64,000 bases of DNA from Planctomycetota bacterium (GTDB lineage: Bacteria > Planctomycetota > B15-G4 > SIAN01), in contig JANNXA010000055.1 in assembly GCA_031409275.1 (NCBI GenBank), forward strand, positions 224,001 through 288,000, written 5' to 3'. A program made the position numbers and the translations under genes. The notes under the pieces are model-generated. The model made no database searches. It saw nothing but the letters and a program-made list of their open reading frames with translations, and was not told where the DNA came from. This document shows, piece by piece, positions 61,632-64,000 of this stretch (position 1 is the first letter of the stretch; each line of letters begins with the position of its first letter).

Positions 61632-61934
61632 ATGGTCCCGCAAGCCTGGTACTTCCTCCTCTCCGCGCTGCTCTTCGGACTCGGCGTCGCCGGTTTCGCA
61701 GCGCGGCGCAACACGCTGGTCATGTTCATGAGCGTCGAACTCATGCTGAACGCGGCGAACCTCGTCTTCATCGCCGGCGCGCGCGACTACCTGCCCGCGC
61801 GCGGCAGCGCCTGCGCGCTCTTCGTGATCGCGGTCGCCGCCGCGGAGGTGGCGGTCGGCCTCGCCCTGGTGCTGGCCATCTTCCGCCTGAAGAAGAGCGT
61901 CGTGGCCGACGACGTACGGGAGCTGCGGGCATGA
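61632..61934 (+). CDS. nuoK: NADH-quinone oxidoreductase subunit K
   Basis: RRN...[23 protein letters not shown]. Confidence 0.95.
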   Translation: MVPQAWYFLLSALLFGLGVAGFAARRNTLVMFMSVELMLNAANLVFIAGARDYLPARGSACALFVIAVAAAEVAVGLALVLAIFRLKKSVVADDVRELRA

Positions 61935-63841
61935 ACCTGGTGGCCGCGCTGCTCCTCGCCCTGCCGCTTGCGATGGCGGCGGTCCTCGGCCTCTTCGGCC
62001 GTCGCCTCCACGGCAAGCTGCCGGGCGTGCTCGCCTTCGGCATGGCGGCGAGCTGCTTTGGCCTCGCGGTCGCCGCGTTCCTCCACCTGCGCGGGCTTCC
62101 CGAGCACGCGCGCTTCGTCGAGGCGAGCTTCTGGCGCTGGATGGACCTCGGGGTCGGGGACAGCCGCCTCGCGCTCGACGTCGGCGTCTACCTCGATCCG
62201 CTTTCGGTGACCTGGACGCTCTTCATCACCGGCGTCGGCAGCCTGATCTTCCTCTACTCGATCGCCTACATGGAGCACGAGGAGGGCGCCTGGCGCTACT
62301 TCTCGTACCTCTGCCTCTTCCTCTTCTCGATGCTGATCCTGGTGCTGGGCGAGAACCTCGTCCTCACCTTCCTGGGCTGGGAAGGGGTCGGCCTCTGCTC
62401 CTACCTGCTGATCGGCTTCGACTACGGCAAAGAGATCGCGGCGCGCGCCGGCCGCAAGGCGTTCATCGTCAACCGCATCGGTGACGTCGGCTTCCTCATC
62501 GGCATGTTCTGGACCTGGAAGCTCTTCGGCACGCTCGGCCATGGCGAGATGAAGCCGCTGATGGCGGCGGCGGCGACGGTGCCCCCACTCCTGGCGCTCG
62601 GCTACTTCGTCGGCGCCTGCGGCAAGTCGGCGCAGCTGCCGCTGTTCGTCTGGCTGCCCGACGCGATGGCGGGCCCGACGCCGGTCTCCGCGCTGATCCA
62701 CGCCGCCACCATGGTGACGGCCGGGATCTACCTCGTGCTGCGCCTCTCGCCGCTCTTCGTCGCGGCCGATTGGGCGCTCGACGTGGTGGCGTGGGTCGGC
62801 GCCGCCACGGCGCTCTTCGCCGGCTTGATCGCGCTGCGACAGCGCGACATCAAGCGCGTGCTCGCCTACTCGACCGTGAGCCAGCTCGGCTACATGTTCC
62901 TCGCCTGCGGACTCGGCGCCTTCGGTGCCGCGGCATTCCACGTGATCACGCACGCCTTCTTCAAGGCGCTGCTCTTCCTCGGCTCCGGTGCCGTGATCCA
63001 CGCGCTCCACGGCGAGCAGGACCTCTGGAAGATGGGCGGCCTCAAGCACCATCTGCCCAAGACGGCGCGCGCGATGACGGTCGGCGCCTTCGCGCTGGCG
63101 GGGATCTTCCCGTTCGCCGGCTTCTTCTCGAAGGACGAGATCCTCGGCGTCGCGTTCGCGCAAGGCTACGCCGGCCACACCAGTCGCTACGTGCTGTGGG
63201 GCATGGGGGTCCTCACCGCAGCGCTGACCGCGTTCTACACCGCCCGCATGATGACGCTCTGCTTCGGCGGCACCAGCCGCGTCGACCCCCACCTCCATCC
63301 GCACGAAGCGCCGGCGCCGATGGCGATCGCGCTTCAGGTGCTGATGGTGCTGTCGATCGTCGGCGGCGTGGGGCTCGGCTTCGAGGCGCTGCATTGGATG
63401 CCGCTGCACCGCTGGATCGACCCCGTGCTTGCGGCCGCGCCGCACCCCGCTCATCTGCCCGCAGCGCTCAACTGGGGCCTGATGGCGCTCGCGATGATGA
63501 TCGCGGTGCTGGCATGGCGGATCGGCGCCAAGTGGTACGGCGGCGACTTCGCGCCGGCGCGCCAGGCGGAACTGACCGCACCGCGCCTCGCGAAGGTGTT
63601 GCTCGGCCGCTTCTACGTCGACGAGATCTACGCGGCGCTCATCGTGCGCCCGCTGCGCTTCCTTGCGGAGCTATGCCTCGAGTTCGATCGGCGCGTGGTC
63701 GACGGCCTCTTCCGCGGCGCCGGTCAATTGAGCGCGCTGCTCGCCACCGGAGTTCGCCTGGCGCAGAACGGCGTCGTGCACGTCTACGCGTTCTGGATGC
63801 TGGTGGGCGCCGTCATCCTCCTCACCCTGGCGCTGAAGTGA
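61931..63841 (+). CDS. nuoL: NADH-quinone oxidoreductase subunit L
   Basis: [61 protein letters not shown]. Confidence 0.96.
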   Translation: MNLVAALLLALPLAMAAVLGLFGRRLHGKLPGVLAFGMAASCFGLAVAAFLHLRGLPEHARFVEASFWRWMDLGVGDSRLALDVGVYLDPLSVTWTLFITGVGSLIFLYSIAYMEHEEGAWRYFSYLCLFLFSMLILVLGENLVLTFLGWEGVGLCSYLLIGFDYGKEIAARAGRKAFIVNRIGDVGFLIGMFWTWKLFGTLGHGEMKPLMAAAATVPPLLALGYFVGACGKSAQLPLFVWLPDAMAGPTPVSALIHAATMVTAGIYLVLRLSPLFVAADWALDVVAWVGAATALFAGLIALRQRDIKRVLAYSTVSQLGYMFLACGLGAFGAAAFHVITHAFFKALLFLGSGAVIHALHGEQDLWKMGGLKHHLPKTARAMTVGAFALAGIFPFAGFFSKDEILGVAFAQGYAGHTSRYVLWGMGVLTAALTAFYTARMMTLCFGGTSRVDPHLHPHEAPAPMAIALQVLMVLSIVGGVGLGFEALHWMPLHRWIDPVLAAAPHPAHLPAALNWGLMALAMMIAVLAWRIGAKWYGGDFAPARQAELTAPRLAKVLLGRFYVDEIYAALIVRPLRFLAELCLEFDRRVVDGLFRGAGQLSALLATGVRLAQNGVVHVYAFWMLVGAVILLTLALK

Positions 63842-63860
63842 ACGCGCGCGGAGCCTGCTG

Positions 63861-64000
63861 ATGAACGATCTGCTCCTCGCCGGCGTGATCCTCGGCCCGC
63901 TCGCGGCGGCGCTGCTGATCGCGCTGTGGCCGCGGCTCGCGCCCGAGCCCGCACGACTCCTCACGTTGCTGGTGACGGTCGCCACCTTCGCCGCTTCGCT
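63861..64000 (+). CDS. nuoM: Probable NADH-quinone oxidoreductase subunit M (5' part only)
   Basis: ATG with GGAG SD after nuoL; hydrophobic MNDLLLAGVILGPLAAALLIALWP; called mainly by position. Confidence 0.7.
   Translation, partial: MNDLLLAGVILGPLAAALLIALWPRLAPEPARLLTLLVTVATFAAS

Overview
High-GC (roughly 70% by eye) bacterial chromosomal segment. It is probably Planctomycetota/PVC-like, inferred from the groEL-groES-groEL-dnaJ-grpE-FmdB cluster and several planctomycete-style secreted proteins. From left to right it holds: partial lnt and moeA; tRNA-Ala(CGC); an ISC Fe-S operon (Rrf2-iscS-iscU-iscA-hscB-hscA/iscX, no fdx, hscA running in frame into iscX); a cyclodeaminase, a Zn-peptidase, a second cysteine desulfurase and a carboxypeptidase-regulatory-repeat protein. 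A ~35 kb minus-strand gene run follows, read in transcription order as NPCBM protein, radC, Trm112-like, metallophosphoesterase, yidC, two SGNH/TPR paralogs, nrdR, an NrdD-like pseudoenzyme, smc, LPS/ADP-heptose genes, an FHA-GAF sigma54 activator, a peptidase-like protein, a Ser/Thr kinase, a secreted orphan and an MglA-like GTPase/pseudo-histidine-kinase fusion. The window ends with the chaperone cluster and a nuo operon (A-E-F-G-H-J-K-L-M...) that lacks nuoB/C/D/I. The most notable observations are: (1) a TTGACA-17-GACAAT promoter with tandem NrdR-like boxes driving a translationally coupled nrdR - apparently dead NrdD - smc - LPS operon; (2) the MglA-pseudokinase fusion ending a Ser/Thr-kinase/FHA-sigma54 signalling module; (3) a complex I operon missing its whole Q-module; (4) the HscA-IscX in-frame fusion. 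No mobile element or CRISPR array was seen. All family calls come from motif recognition by eye, not database searches.
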